A stretch of DNA of 64,000 nucleotides from Schizochytrium sp. TIO01 (Eukaryota; Protista; Bigyra: Labyrinthulomycetes). The stretch's first letter is position 1. Every line of letters starts with the position of its first letter. The notes beneath the pieces are model-generated. The model did no database searches, was not told the origin of the DNA, and saw only the letters and a program-made list of their open reading frames with translations. Below, in pieces: positions 12,301 through 21,069 of the stretch. Position numbers and translations under genes: made by a program. The stretch covers positions 325,859 to 389,858 of the forward strand of contig SMSO01000006.1 of the NCBI GenBank assembly GCA_004764695.1. The letters are read 5' to 3'.

Positions 12301-12584
12301 CAGAGAGAATCAAAAGAAAATCTTCTCTTAGTGGTGCAGGTAGCATCACCAATGATCCAGAAATGGGGATGCCACTGCCGCGTCTTGCTTCCTCGAAATT
12401 ACACCCGAGCCCGATGCCCCCTCTTAAATCTTTGCTTCGCCGTCGCGAGGTAATTGTTGCTCTCGTTTATGTTGCTATTATTCACCTTGCAATGATGTCA
12501 ATGTACCGAAGCTGCATTGCTTCGAGTGGAGCACTTGCAGATATTGGCAACGATGACCTCATTCTTGACGATAACAGTCTTTAA
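6327..12584 (+). CDS. Very long coiled-coil, tail-anchored golgin (golgin-84/CASP/giantin-type TMD), ~2085 aa
   Basis: N-terminal MNWLESVKS, then an acidic disordered region and ~1750 aa of E/L/A/K-rich heptads. Single C-terminal TMD REVIVALVYVAIIHLAMMSMY carries the Y-x4-H pattern of golgin-84/CASP/giantin TMDs. First ATG at 6327. Confidence 0.75.
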   Translation: MNWLESVKSNAQKLVEEGKQYAEKMEQALMEGEEDSSDDSNESDEGDDVDSNVDDHETQGDQGEEHSTKVSKSQRKSRPKDREQDDDEVSWSDDGNGEWGEEDADSITSSKKVDAGTDEDPPKDHAQAASSSAAGLFGLVSSGLHNLLDDEGDEEDSESDSGPQGSGWGDAEESLDEGDVEEESGRQRSSSKSDATQSKAGGASRSNPMFNFMNQMGRMIATADEEEGEEQKTAQMQHLLTEAENLKSHMLLLTEEKKFFEQRIREYEQERETMEKEMQALRDANPAASSDVDTQESLKKLQDQLHEALTEAAAHQAEIDTLRAELDSKPNLEAEGKGREQLRSEREAFEASKARIAQENADLQNKLSEVTETSRSQQAELDDLRAQVERLVPLADKAETLQQELDQASENAATESHSQLEALQSELEALKEKLVQAEQALAEATHDEEIEDLQSKLQDANEKLQEAQNATAMAKELQEQANAYNEEIHRLTEELENTKAGGETEMDSLREELSSKNAELGRLAEELQSAKADGETEMGSLREELSSKNAELDRLAEELKSAEVGGATEMETLREELTSKNAELERLTEELASAKTGDDTEMETLRDELSSKNIELERLTDELESAKAGGESEMEKLREELSTKNAELERLAEELESAKAGGESEMESLREELSTKNAELERLAEELESSKAGGESEMDSLREELSTKNAELERLAEEIESTKTGGENEASSLRDELLSKTTELERLREELESSKLGGESELATLRGELASKSSELDRLIEELETTKAGGESEALSLREELANKDAELEKLLTELETTKEQRESEVESMRGTFESRTAELEQREKELERELATQSEVLHDAQEALTIARSSGDEELISLRTMLDEKNHELREAQESSELRASEVTDLRAQLEQVRVSLEQSTEEQQKTREDASAETAKLQERLEEVETKLAAAQTDVAEAEHLREQFDELRKKYGKGEHGKALVDHVERLAEERLKGYLAARGLVQDQDDEDEDAEAALDRGLAADRSKLISLEAELESARTTLEESWRNLENEQAKHEAKEQELVQAQKHIEELQVSQANLQATTQKELEEALQKVKDLEQELETGKSSRESEAGQLQEAEQSLEVLRVDLNKAQEYSKGVEEKMAKLKGQYLELLRSRSSEKDETSSALSDKSEQLEAALADLKKASDDLEALQTAKDTAEERLRVLEKANVDALEAAESDQANIQAELEEVRAALNSERQAWEAKEAELEAKISAQESQDESHQQVVQAELDDLRAANNKLKEELETKETEFKAKVSEQESQAESDKQSLLSELEEARVQLQKATEEWESKLAKLEASSAAQGEQVEAGKQALQTELEDIRSAYERDKSKWESKEVDWENNMSDQISAMDNEKQALEAELEQLRSSHSQAVAEWESKEADWNTRISERDSETKDKLQAAETELEELRKLPELLEGEKARAQSAEEQASELEGKLEQALNSKNDEVESLETKLESLRQELEKTQGEREELETSSAQAWQEEKTALMAELDATKEKVQDLERMQRELAEAHETFAEERAALQHELAEKETSLANLADAKEELLALKQQSQSDLAALEDEISVLKAAVDRAEERASVSAEERVAELEAVNAEHNAEVSKLRSELAEIKSAGKKQKLHTETRVQELNEKHAQELAEMEARLSTAHATEAAETQARIQEFESKLKESETKLQESSARVQELEDALSKARSESEELARSESEALEAKLRGELNEAVAKAAEEAREAAQAEAEAEAATSTGELQKYKRKAQAAMKASQAKLKARDEQIAKLSQDLSTARQQIIDLEREPVERVVVKEIHTDTPAQAAAPGPDVIALEAEKAKLEEALEAERAAAEAARTEVLTIQAQLQAQAEDLQSLRELAQEQGSVAQSNQAQAEAERQRWRSDMEAALQNERQEHARALADLRTNLQSAQEEAARHRSEAESLRAEKQHRMSELVLNVIEEPTSRSSTPPVATERIKRKSSLSGAGSITNDPEMGMPLPRLASSKLHPSPMPPLKSLLRRREVIVALVYVAIIHLAMMSMYRSCIASSGALADIGNDDLILDDNSL
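7755..8810 (+). repeat. Coding tandem repeat, 96 bp / 32 aa, ~11 copies (consensus LREELSxKNAELERLAEELESAKAGGESEMES)
   Basis: The unit start CTTCGTGAGGAATTGTCTTCAAAGAATGCAGAACTTG recurs at 7851 and 7947 (96-bp spacing). Translated copies align without gaps. Confidence 0.95.
10008..10652 (+). repeat. Degenerate coding tandem repeat, 129 bp / 43 aa, ~5 copies (QAELEE.R…WE.KE…)
   Basis: QAEL starts at 10008 and 10137 (129 bp apart). WEAK/WESK/WESK/WESK recurs at multiples of 43 aa. Confidence 0.8.
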
Positions 12585-13992
12585 ATCATAATAACTATGA
12601 CATCGAACCTCCCGATTGTGTAGGTACGTACAGGCACTTGAGAATTCTTGTAGAGTGCATTCGGCATCTCTGAATACCTCTTATAATTTTTATAATAAGA
12701 AGATTATACGGAGTTTGATGAACTTCTAAACACTGCATTGGATCTCACCTTTTCTTTTTTCTTCTGCTCTTGAAAATGAGATGATAACAGTATGTACCTA
12801 TATCTACTTCACTCTCATGCTCTAGAGTCAGAGGCGACTACTATCAATCCTGTTACTTGGGTGCAAAAGTCAAGCCAAAACAATCAGATCACTCATTTGG
12901 CAGCACACAATAAACACACAAGAACCTAGATTCGCGAGTGTTATGCTTGGAGTACCCAAGTAACAGGATTCATAGGAGTAGCCTTTGACTAGTGCGAGTC
13001 GAGTTGATACCAGATTGTACAAACCATGGAGAGCTTTTGCATGAGGTTCTCAACTCTTGTAGCTGCTGAGTCTTTGTCACACGCACTTCCCCTTAAGTTT
13101 CCCAATATGATGAAATGGTTAGTGGACTCAAGAGGCCACCTGCAACTCATGCAATGATATTGATCTGGTCGGAGTGCGTGAGAGAGACTGTCCAAGATAG
13201 GCAGTCTCTTTTATAAACTTCTATGCCTCCTATTGAAATATCATACCAAATGATGACTCACTGACAAAATAAAATAGAATTAAAGGTGTGATCGATCATA
13301 CATCGCTTTAAAATTTTTTTAAAGCGTCTGTCCCAGTGTCTGCAGTCTAGCTAAAGAGCTGCATGAATTAGTTTCTTGTCAAAGGTTTTAAAATCTTGAC
13401 AATAAATAATAAGTTTCGTATCCGGGTCAGAACTTAAGTATTGCTGCAAGAACTCACCGCGAATAGGTACTTAATTGTTTTCCCCGCAGGAGTTTGCATC
13501 GTGAAACTCAATCAAAATATAGGAAAACACTCAAAGTCGCCTCGTACGTTACTCTTGTTATTAGGTAAAGTACCTACCTACCTAGTACACACCGCATTCT
13601 TCATTTCTAGGGGTACTACTATTTGAATTATGGGACTCGTTAATGTAGAAGCTCTAAAGGCTTGCGTCATCATGCTGCGGGGTTGGGGCCGAGTCCGACC
13701 AAGTCCGATCAAAAGATTTCAGATCTTCAATTTGAGAATCACAATGAATGTAAGAGTTTTGTTGTTAATAAGTTCTAGCAATGAAGTCTTCAACATCGCA
13801 CTTTTTTTCTGATGATAAACTGCTACGTTGGCTAGAACAGCTCACAAGTCCATTGATGGTTTTCTTATGCACAATGGTGGCGAGCTCTATTTTAAAAACC
13901 ACAGTCCAAATTAAGCTTGAGACAAAGTATGCTTTGCTTTCCTCAGCCAGAGAGGAATCTCAGATATTCTGCGTGCTCGGTTTATTTCTTCC

Positions 13993-13993
<1 letters not shown>

Positions 13994-14031
<38 letters not shown>

Positions 14032-14049
14032 AAATTAAATTAAATTAAA
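13994..14049. repeat. Poly(T)34 followed by (AATTA)n
   Basis: Read directly from the sequence. Confidence 0.95.
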
Positions 14050-14632
14050 CAACAAAACAATAAAATAATAATAAAGAGAAGATGAAGTCGCAGCAATCCA
14101 ATCAATACCAAGTGTTCGTTTCCAAATAAAAATCAGACCCACCAGAGATATGTCTTGCCAAAACAAGGTACTAGCAGGGGGTAAGTTGATTGGATGCGAA
14201 CTGATAGCGCTTGCGAAGGGGAGAAGTCTGACCCTCTAAGTCACTAATCTCGAGGCATTGGAATGCACCACCACTGCGTCTTTGGCATGCCTCAACTTAA
14301 ACGAAGCGCGCCATCCTTCAACCTACCTACCTTTTTATTCGTGCAGATAACGAGACCAACGTATAGATTAGCGCGATCCGGTGAACCCAGCTAGTCCTTC
14401 ATCGCAGGGCTGCAGCAGCAAACCTATGCAGCACATTGTAATGCGAGAAAACCGATTGTAATGCGCTCCTGCGGGCAAAGAAAGTAAAGTCTCCAATGTT
14501 TGCAAGCCATCGTCACAGGTCCATCCACGATAGTACCATCCTCCATACAACAGAAGAGGCCCATCAATCTCGCTAAAGGTGAAGATGGCAGTGGAGACAG
14601 CAACATAAAAGTCGCACGTCTTGCCTTGGACT

Positions 14633-14716
14633 AAGCACCCAAGCACCCAAGCAAGCAAGCTAGCAACCAAGCTAGCAACCAAGCTAGCAAGCTAGCAAAG
14701 TAGCAAGCAACCAAGC
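14633..14716. repeat. Degenerate (CAAG)/(CAAGCTAGCAAC)n simple repeat
   Basis: aagcacccaagcacccaagcaagcaagctagcaaccaagctagcaaccaagctagcaagctagc…. Confidence 0.85.
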
Positions 14717-15837
14717 GTCTTCGCTGATTCTTTGTTGTGCGGCACGAGCCTCGACGACGCAAGCGGCAACGTGTTCTTCGTTCCAACTCTGTCTTCCTGC
14801 AAGCCCATCTTCGAACACTAACTCCATTCTTCCTCCCGCCGTTTGCCGAGTTTCTCTACCTCTGCCACGGTCTGTCTGTGCCAACGCGAAAGGCGGCAGC
14901 TCGCTCGCGCCCTTCGGGTCCAGCGTGTCGAGTTCCCTCGACCGACGGAGGCCTTGGCCGTGCGCGAGCTGAGCTGAGAACCGGTTTGCGGCAGAGGACA
15001 ATCAATCAGGCAGGACAAGCAAGCCAAGGCACCTTGAAGACCGCATTACCTGGGCTCGTTTTTGCGCCCTTTTCTGCAGCAAAATAAGGTCCCACATTCC
15101 GGTACCTGGCTTCTTCCTGCTCCGCAGAACACGCCTGCTCATGATGCAATCGCTCGCCCAAGCTGGATCGATCCCGTCCAGTAAGTGCTTCAAAGCTCCT
15201 GCTGCTTGGATGGGTGCTCGGCCAATCAGCTGCTGCAGCGCTCCGCATCGCGTGATCGATCGATCGATCGAGGGAGTGCATGCGATGATGATACGTGCCG
15301 CAGCCAGCTAGCTTCAAGTTGAATGAATGAACTACTTACTTTGCATTCATTTCTGCCGCAGTTCTGAGCACATTCATTCTCCGTCGAGTCTTGTTTTAGG
15401 GCACGGCCGTGGAGATGCTGTCCTCGCTAGCGAGCCTCTAATCTCTCTGCTACCCCTTGGCGCCTCTCGCCTCGGGTTCTCTATTACCTACCCGGCGCAT
15501 GGCTTGTGATCGTCCTCATAGTGAGTGCGTGAGTGCGTGAGCTTGTTTATAATTAATTGTTATATTTACACGCAGATACGTGCAAACTTTCCTCATGACA
15601 GCTCATTGAGCCTGCAGAGCATGGCATCCATTGCATTGCATCGGAGTCTCGTGCTGTGCGTGCTGACCGTGAATCAAGACGTCGATCGATACATCGTTGT
15701 CTTCACACGCTTTCTAACTAGCTAGCTAGCTATAGCTTCCAGGTACTAGTCTAGTACCCCCTAGTAGTTGCTTATAGCTACGTAGCCACTACGCACCTAC
15801 TAACTACCTATAGCTAGCTAGTACCGATTAGCCGTGG

Positions 15838-15880
15838 GTAAGTAAGTAAGTAATAAGTAAGTAATAAGTAAGTAAGTAAG
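15838..15880. repeat. Interrupted (GTAA)n microsatellite
   Basis: gtaagtaagtaagtaataagtaagtaataagtaagtaagtaag. Confidence 0.9.
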
Positions 15881-16079
15881 GGATTGAAAGGGCACGGAAA
15901 TAACAAATACAGACAGCATAGTATTGCATAATACAATCGTTCTTTGGATCATTGAAGCATTGTTTGATTCATTCTCGCATTCTCCTGCTCACGACTCGAC
16001 GTTGCGTGCTGCGTCGCGGGACCGCTGCTGCAAAACTCGCTCTCACAAAGGCAGCGCTCGCAGGTCACGTGCTTGCAGC

Positions 16080-17493
16080 ATGGCGCGCAACGTGCTGGCC
16101 TTCGTGGCCCTCTACTGCTACGTGCAGTTTGTGGTGTGGTAAGTACCCGAGGGACGACGACCGTCATCAATCAATCAAATCGAGCAATGAAATGGCCACG
16201 GCGCACCTATCTTTGGCAATCTCTCGCTTGCCCTAGCCAGCTTCTCTTGAGTCGAGCTTGTTGAGCTTTCGGTCCAGAGGGATGGGGTACAAGGGGATGG
16301 GCCTTTGCTGACTCCGGAAGCCCGTGACAACGACTGTCCTGTACGTTGCTACTCAGGAAAGTAGTGCCGGACAGCCTGTGCGCCAGTGTACCAAAAGGTC
16401 CATAGAAGTTCTACGAAAGAGAGATGGTGGCCATGAACTCGACCTGACTGAGATCATGCATGGTGAGAGATTGAATACCACCCATGACCCAGCTCTAGCA
16501 TTAAGAATAGACGAGTACCGTGATTGTAATTGATTGTGCATATTTTGCAAGGGCAAGATGACGATCATGAACGAACGATCTGATTGATTAGCTCGTCTTT
16601 GGTTTAGTACACGCAGAGCACCTTCGAGACAACGAAAGGAAAAAATGGAACAACTGACGAAATTGGAATATTGTGACAAACTTCATATTGCACGTACTAA
16701 TTGCAGCCCTTTTCACACTCTGATCGCAATTGTCTCCGGGACGGCGAATGCGTATGCGCTGACCAAGTCCATCTGTGATGCAATGGGCATCAAGTTCAAG
16801 CACACGCCCAACTCGCAAGCTTTGCATAAGAATGCAATGTACTTGTGCAACCACAGAAGTTGGGGTGACTTCTTCATGGACCAGACCATCTGCAACGGTG
16901 GAGCTTACCTTTCGCGGCTTCTGGTGATCCTCGGCTGCCCTATGTCGAGCTTGTATGCATATCTAACTCACGCAACATGGTTTTTCAACCGTAAGAAGGG
17001 TATTGACCGCGAAGCGCTTGGCAACTACATCCAGACCCAGTGGATGGCGCGTCCTAGCAAAGGACTGATTGTGTACCCTGAGGGTACACGTAACTTGGTC
17101 ATGGAGCCATTGCGCCTCAAAACCGGTGTTCTCAAGATGGCCTACGATTACCAGCGACCTGTACAAACTGTCGTAACCACCAACAAGGAGCTTGTGGCCA
17201 ATGAGAAGGACATGCAGATGCAGAGGAATGTTGAGTGCATCACTAGCATCTCTGTGGTCATCAAGCCCGAGGACTTCAAGACCTTCGAGGAATTCGTGGA
17301 GGCTGTGCGTGAGCAGTTCGTCGAGACTTGGAAGGATGCTTATGGATGTGACCCGAAGGAAGCCATCTCCTATCTGCCACCATTTGGGCTCAGTAAGCCA
17401 GAATTCGAGCCTGTGCCCTACTCCAGGAGAATTTGGTACGCTCGAATTATTGTTGTCCTCTTCTCGCTTATGCTGTATGCTTCGCGCAAATAA
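16080..17493 (+). CDS. Lysophospholipid/1-acyl-sn-glycerol-3-phosphate acyltransferase (PlsC/LPAAT family); two exons 16080-16138 and 16707-17493, ~281 aa
   Basis: Catalytic NHRSWGD (HX4D) and YPEGTRN motifs plus a C-terminal TMD. Exon 1 (MARNVLAFVALYCYVQFVV) joins exon 2 in frame (TG+C = Cys, then PFHTLIAIV) and gives a hydrophobic N-terminus. Confidence 0.85.
16139..16706 (+). other. Spliceosomal intron (568 nt)
   Basis: GTAAGT donor at 16139, TACTAAT branch-point motif at 16695-16701, TGCAG acceptor ending at 16706. Splicing preserves the frame. Confidence 0.8.
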
Positions 17494-18405
17494 TTTGGTC
17501 AGCAACCCACTCAAAGTGGTCAAAACTGCCCTCTTCCTGATATGACACCTGCCTGCATCAACTGATGATTGATTCAGGTATGCGCATGGACATTAATCCT
17601 ATGTCTGTCTTGACACAGACATTTACATGCGTGGTAAATAAGTCACCGCGCACAGGATACCTTTGATGACGATACCTAGCAATTCTTACATGACTTCTTG
17701 TCTATTTCCTCGCGGTTCTCCTTTTGATAATTTGTGTTTTGTTCAACCGGTGTGCTATGTCTCTCCCCCCTCACACCTCTCCTTATTGTTTTTCACTCCT
17801 TTCTAATCTCCTTCACTCAAGTAGTATAGCATTGGCCTGGCTTTCCTGGCACCTCAAAACTTCCGTAGTAGACTCCCAAACCTTTAGCTTTGCGAGGAAC
17901 TTGCAGAAGGCGAGTATCATCAATCAGGAGCTGATGAAAGACGCAGAACAACTTCGACAAGGGGTCTGTCTCCACAATTTAGATGATGCGAAAACAACAA
18001 CAACAAAAGATATTTTTATTCATATTTCTGTCTGCAAAAATAAATGTTCGCCATACCAATAACCAACTCTCCTTGCATTTGACACAAGTGAAAACAGTAA
18101 ATCTTCTTTTCTCTGAATACACTAGACGCAGATAATCACTTACCTTCAATATGAAGCGAAAAGTCTATAACAAGTTAATTGTTAGGGCTTGGAATTTAGT
18201 TGAGTTGCAGGGTGTACTGTAAGCATGAAGGCTGCTGACGAGTATATATATATGCTTGCTTGTAGTCGGAGAAAAAAATGAAAAAATAGTGCTTGAGTAT
18301 AAGAAGTGGTTCTACACAACACACAATCATCCATCTCATTCACTTCATTTCAACAAGAACCGCTGATGACTAGTTTAATGTTGTCACAGGCCGAATGAAT
18401 AATTC

Positions 18406-21069
18406 TCAAAATGTAGTTCGTGTCTTTGGCGAAACACAGTCGTATCGGCCTGGGTTTCTTCCAGCAGCAGAAGATGCAAAGCGCGGCACACTAGAACCAA
18501 ATCCTGAAGGCACCTGATGCTGATGCTGATGCTGCTGCTGCTGCTGCTGTTGTTGTTGCTGTTGCTGCTGCTGCTGCTGCTGTTGGGATACCGCCGAAAT
18601 GTCAATAAAGCTCGGACCCGAGTGTGCAGGGGCGTTGGCCGTAAATACCCTCCGTGGCTTCGTAGGTGTTTGGGGTGCTTGTGATGAGGATGTTGGGCTT
18701 TGGCTATCCTTGTTTCCCTTTGCAGTCGATCTGCTCGACGCAGATGTTGAAGTTGCTATGGATGCCGCGGTGTCTGTTGATGCAGACGTAAACACTCGAT
18801 TGCGCGAAGCTCTCCGCGAATGTGCAATTCCGTCACCAGCAGCTTTCCACTTCGTCTCGTCTGAAGACTTCTCTGATTCCCGCACCCGCTCCCGCAACGC
18901 AGATTCCTGAGCAGCTTTGAATTGCTCCGTAGATGCCAACGTTGCTTCGGCACGCGCACGATGAGTAAAAGTTGGCTGAAGATAGCGCGATGATGTCTCT
19001 TTCTTTTCACGAGAAGAAGAGGAAAACTTCGGACCTGAAGATGACGTACTGTTTGTTCGTAATTTATTTGTGCTTGAAGTTGGAGCGCCTGCTTTACTTG
19101 ATTTAGAAGTTGTACGACGTGGCGCCACGCGTGAAGTGTTGATGCGAACACCGCTTGTTTCGCGACGGCGTGTTGCTCCTGTGGCACTTCGAGTGTTGGT
19201 TTCACTTGAGCGGTTGGGGGAAACGTTTTGGTCAGAAACCAGCCTCGTAGTCTTAGTTTTGGTGCGTGATGTGTCCTTCTTTTCGCGCTCTTGATATTTA
19301 TCTAGTGCATCTCGGAGATCTTGGATTTCGCGATCCTTGGTACTCAATAAACGCATACCTTCTTGAATCATGCGCCGTAGACTCTTGTTTTCAGAATCCA
19401 TATCATGATGGCGACGCACTGAGACAGAATTAAGTCGCATAGTTCCATTGGCTCGAAATAAGCAGACAGTGTCAACATGGTCAGGGTCTACCCCGTGGGG
19501 ATGAGTAGGATGCAACCCCGACCCAGGATGCGGGCGATGGTGCGATGCACCAGCAGCGCCGGCGCCGAAACGACTGGGATGGTGATTATAGTGAGTCATT
19601 GCCGAAGTATTTGGAGGCCCTGGTCGCTGATGAACTGCTTTGCGGCGATCGTTGACAGACATACGGTGTTTCCCTTCGAGATAAGCACGCTCAATACTCT
19701 TTCCGTAAGCTAGCGCTTCGTAAAATCCCTTGGAAAAGTGCAATGCGCTTGAGTCTGACATTTTGCCTTTGGCACAAATAGCCATTGGAATGCCGACTCC
19801 AAGCAGCTGCTCACAAGCAAGCTGGGAGTGGCAGGCATTCAGTAAAATACACCGCAAATCAAGAGCATAAGGTGACATCATCTCTGCAAATGCTTTGGTG
19901 CTTACAAAGTTCATCCCTGGTCGTCCACCCATTTCGAAGGCAAGGGATCCAACTCCGGCCTCGAGAATCTGTTTTTTTGTGAGAACTATATCTTTTGTAC
20001 AGTTAGGCCCACCGTCTGGAAGACGGAGAACCAGCGGGTCATGGTCGCTGCACACATCCATGGCTGTTGAATCAGGAGTGCTGGGCCTTGACGGTGGACC
20101 TGGACTTAGTGATGGGTCTGTAGGTCCGTCGGTGGCTTGTGTGAAAACGAGCAAGCGACGCTCATCTACACGCTCCTCAGCATCCGCTTGCAGTACAATT
20201 TTTGTTGTAGATCGCCGGATCATCCGAAAGTCTGGCGTGAGTGAGCGTGCTTTGCTAGTTTCCACAACCTCAGCTAAGCTACCTGTGGCTTCGTTCGCCT
20301 CACAACGTTTTGTCAATGTACGGCCACGCTCACCACTGGATGTAGTGCTTGGCGAGAGCTGTGGTACATCGCTACAGCTCCTGCTACGTTCGCGTGTTTC
20401 ATAGTTGGACATATCTAAGAATCCATCCTCTTTCTCATCCTCATCATATCTTTCTACAGAATCCTCACCGCGCGTAGGAACTGGTCTTGATGCTGCTGGT
20501 GGTGGCATTGCCTTCCGTTTGTCAGGTGTACCGGGAGGTCCAGGTCCACTGTTTCCTGTGTTATTGTTGCCGCTTCCTGCATTCCCAGGAGAATCTATTT
20601 CATCCATGAAGTTCATAGCTTGCACTTCGAGGTGTTTGCTTACCTGTGCTGCAAGTTCGTGGATACCAGAAACACTTGCACTACTGGACTGGAACCTGCG
20701 CGCAACATCGGGTCCATGTTGACGGTGAAGTTCCGAGAAGATAAGTCGTACCAGATGATTATCCACGTCACAGTGTCCACTAAAGTGAATCACATCGTAT
20801 GAGGAACCTTGCGATGATTTCCACAGCAGCCTTTGCGCCAAATCATCCACGGTTGCTGCAGGGAGCACATCCAGAGAGATATCCACGCGTCCAGAATGTT
20901 CTGCAAGTGATATTGATTGTCGAATTGCCCTCTCCTCTGCTTGAAGATGTAATCTTTGATGTGAACTTGGATCTGAAGAGACCATCAGCACCTCCCATTT
21001 CTTCGCAAGGTCGGCCTTATGTTCACCTCCACCAGACTCAAGTCGCACGGGTCCCTGGATTTGTACCAT
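18406..21069 (-). CDS. CHAT-domain (caspase/HetF-like, clan CD) protein with a large internal insertion, coiled coil and S/T/R-rich polyQ tail
   Basis: VLMVSSDP…LHLQAEERAI…AATVDDL…YDVIHFSGH, then GSLAFE…CILLNACHS…MSDSSALHFSKGFYEALAYGKSIERAY. This is the usual order of CHAT motifs. Confidence 0.8.
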   Translation of the reverse strand: MVQIQGPVRLESGGGEHKADLAKKWEVLMVSSDPSSHQRLHLQAEERAIRQSISLAEHSGRVDISLDVLPAATVDDLAQRLLWKSSQGSSYDVIHFSGHCDVDNHLVRLIFSELHRQHGPDVARRFQSSSASVSGIHELAAQVSKHLEVQAMNFMDEIDSPGNAGSGNNNTGNSGPGPPGTPDKRKAMPPPAASRPVPTRGEDSVERYDEDEKEDGFLDMSNYETRERSRSCSDVPQLSPSTTSSGERGRTLTKRCEANEATGSLAEVVETSKARSLTPDFRMIRRSTTKIVLQADAEERVDERRLLVFTQATDGPTDPSLSPGPPSRPSTPDSTAMDVCSDHDPLVLRLPDGGPNCTKDIVLTKKQILEAGVGSLAFEMGGRPGMNFVSTKAFAEMMSPYALDLRCILLNACHSQLACEQLLGVGIPMAICAKGKMSDSSALHFSKGFYEALAYGKSIERAYLEGKHRMSVNDRRKAVHQRPGPPNTSAMTHYNHHPSRFGAGAAGASHHRPHPGSGLHPTHPHGVDPDHVDTVCLFRANGTMRLNSVSVRRHHDMDSENKSLRRMIQEGMRLLSTKDREIQDLRDALDKYQEREKKDTSRTKTKTTRLVSDQNVSPNRSSETNTRSATGATRRRETSGVRINTSRVAPRRTTSKSSKAGAPTSSTNKLRTNSTSSSGPKFSSSSREKKETSSRYLQPTFTHRARAEATLASTEQFKAAQESALRERVRESEKSSDETKWKAAGDGIAHSRRASRNRVFTSASTDTAASIATSTSASSRSTAKGNKDSQSPTSSSQAPQTPTKPRRVFTANAPAHSGPSFIDISAVSQQQQQQQQQQQQQQQQQQHQHQHQVPSGFGSSVPRFASSAAGRNPGRYDCVSPKTRTTF
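18515..18584 (-). repeat. (CAG/CAA)n polyglutamine and (QH)n tract in the CHAT protein tail
   Basis: Translates as SQ…QHQHQHQ. Confidence 0.9.

Noticed and set aside
13994-14049. Poly(T)34 as a retroposon poly(A) tail
   Set aside because: I found no target-site duplication, RT remnant or SINE-like body next to it.
14684-15320. GC-rich stretch with several 100-aa ORFs
   Set aside because: Overlapping short ORFs on both strands, mostly with non-ATG starts and no motifs. More likely promoter/UTR-like, though an unrecognised exon cannot be excluded.
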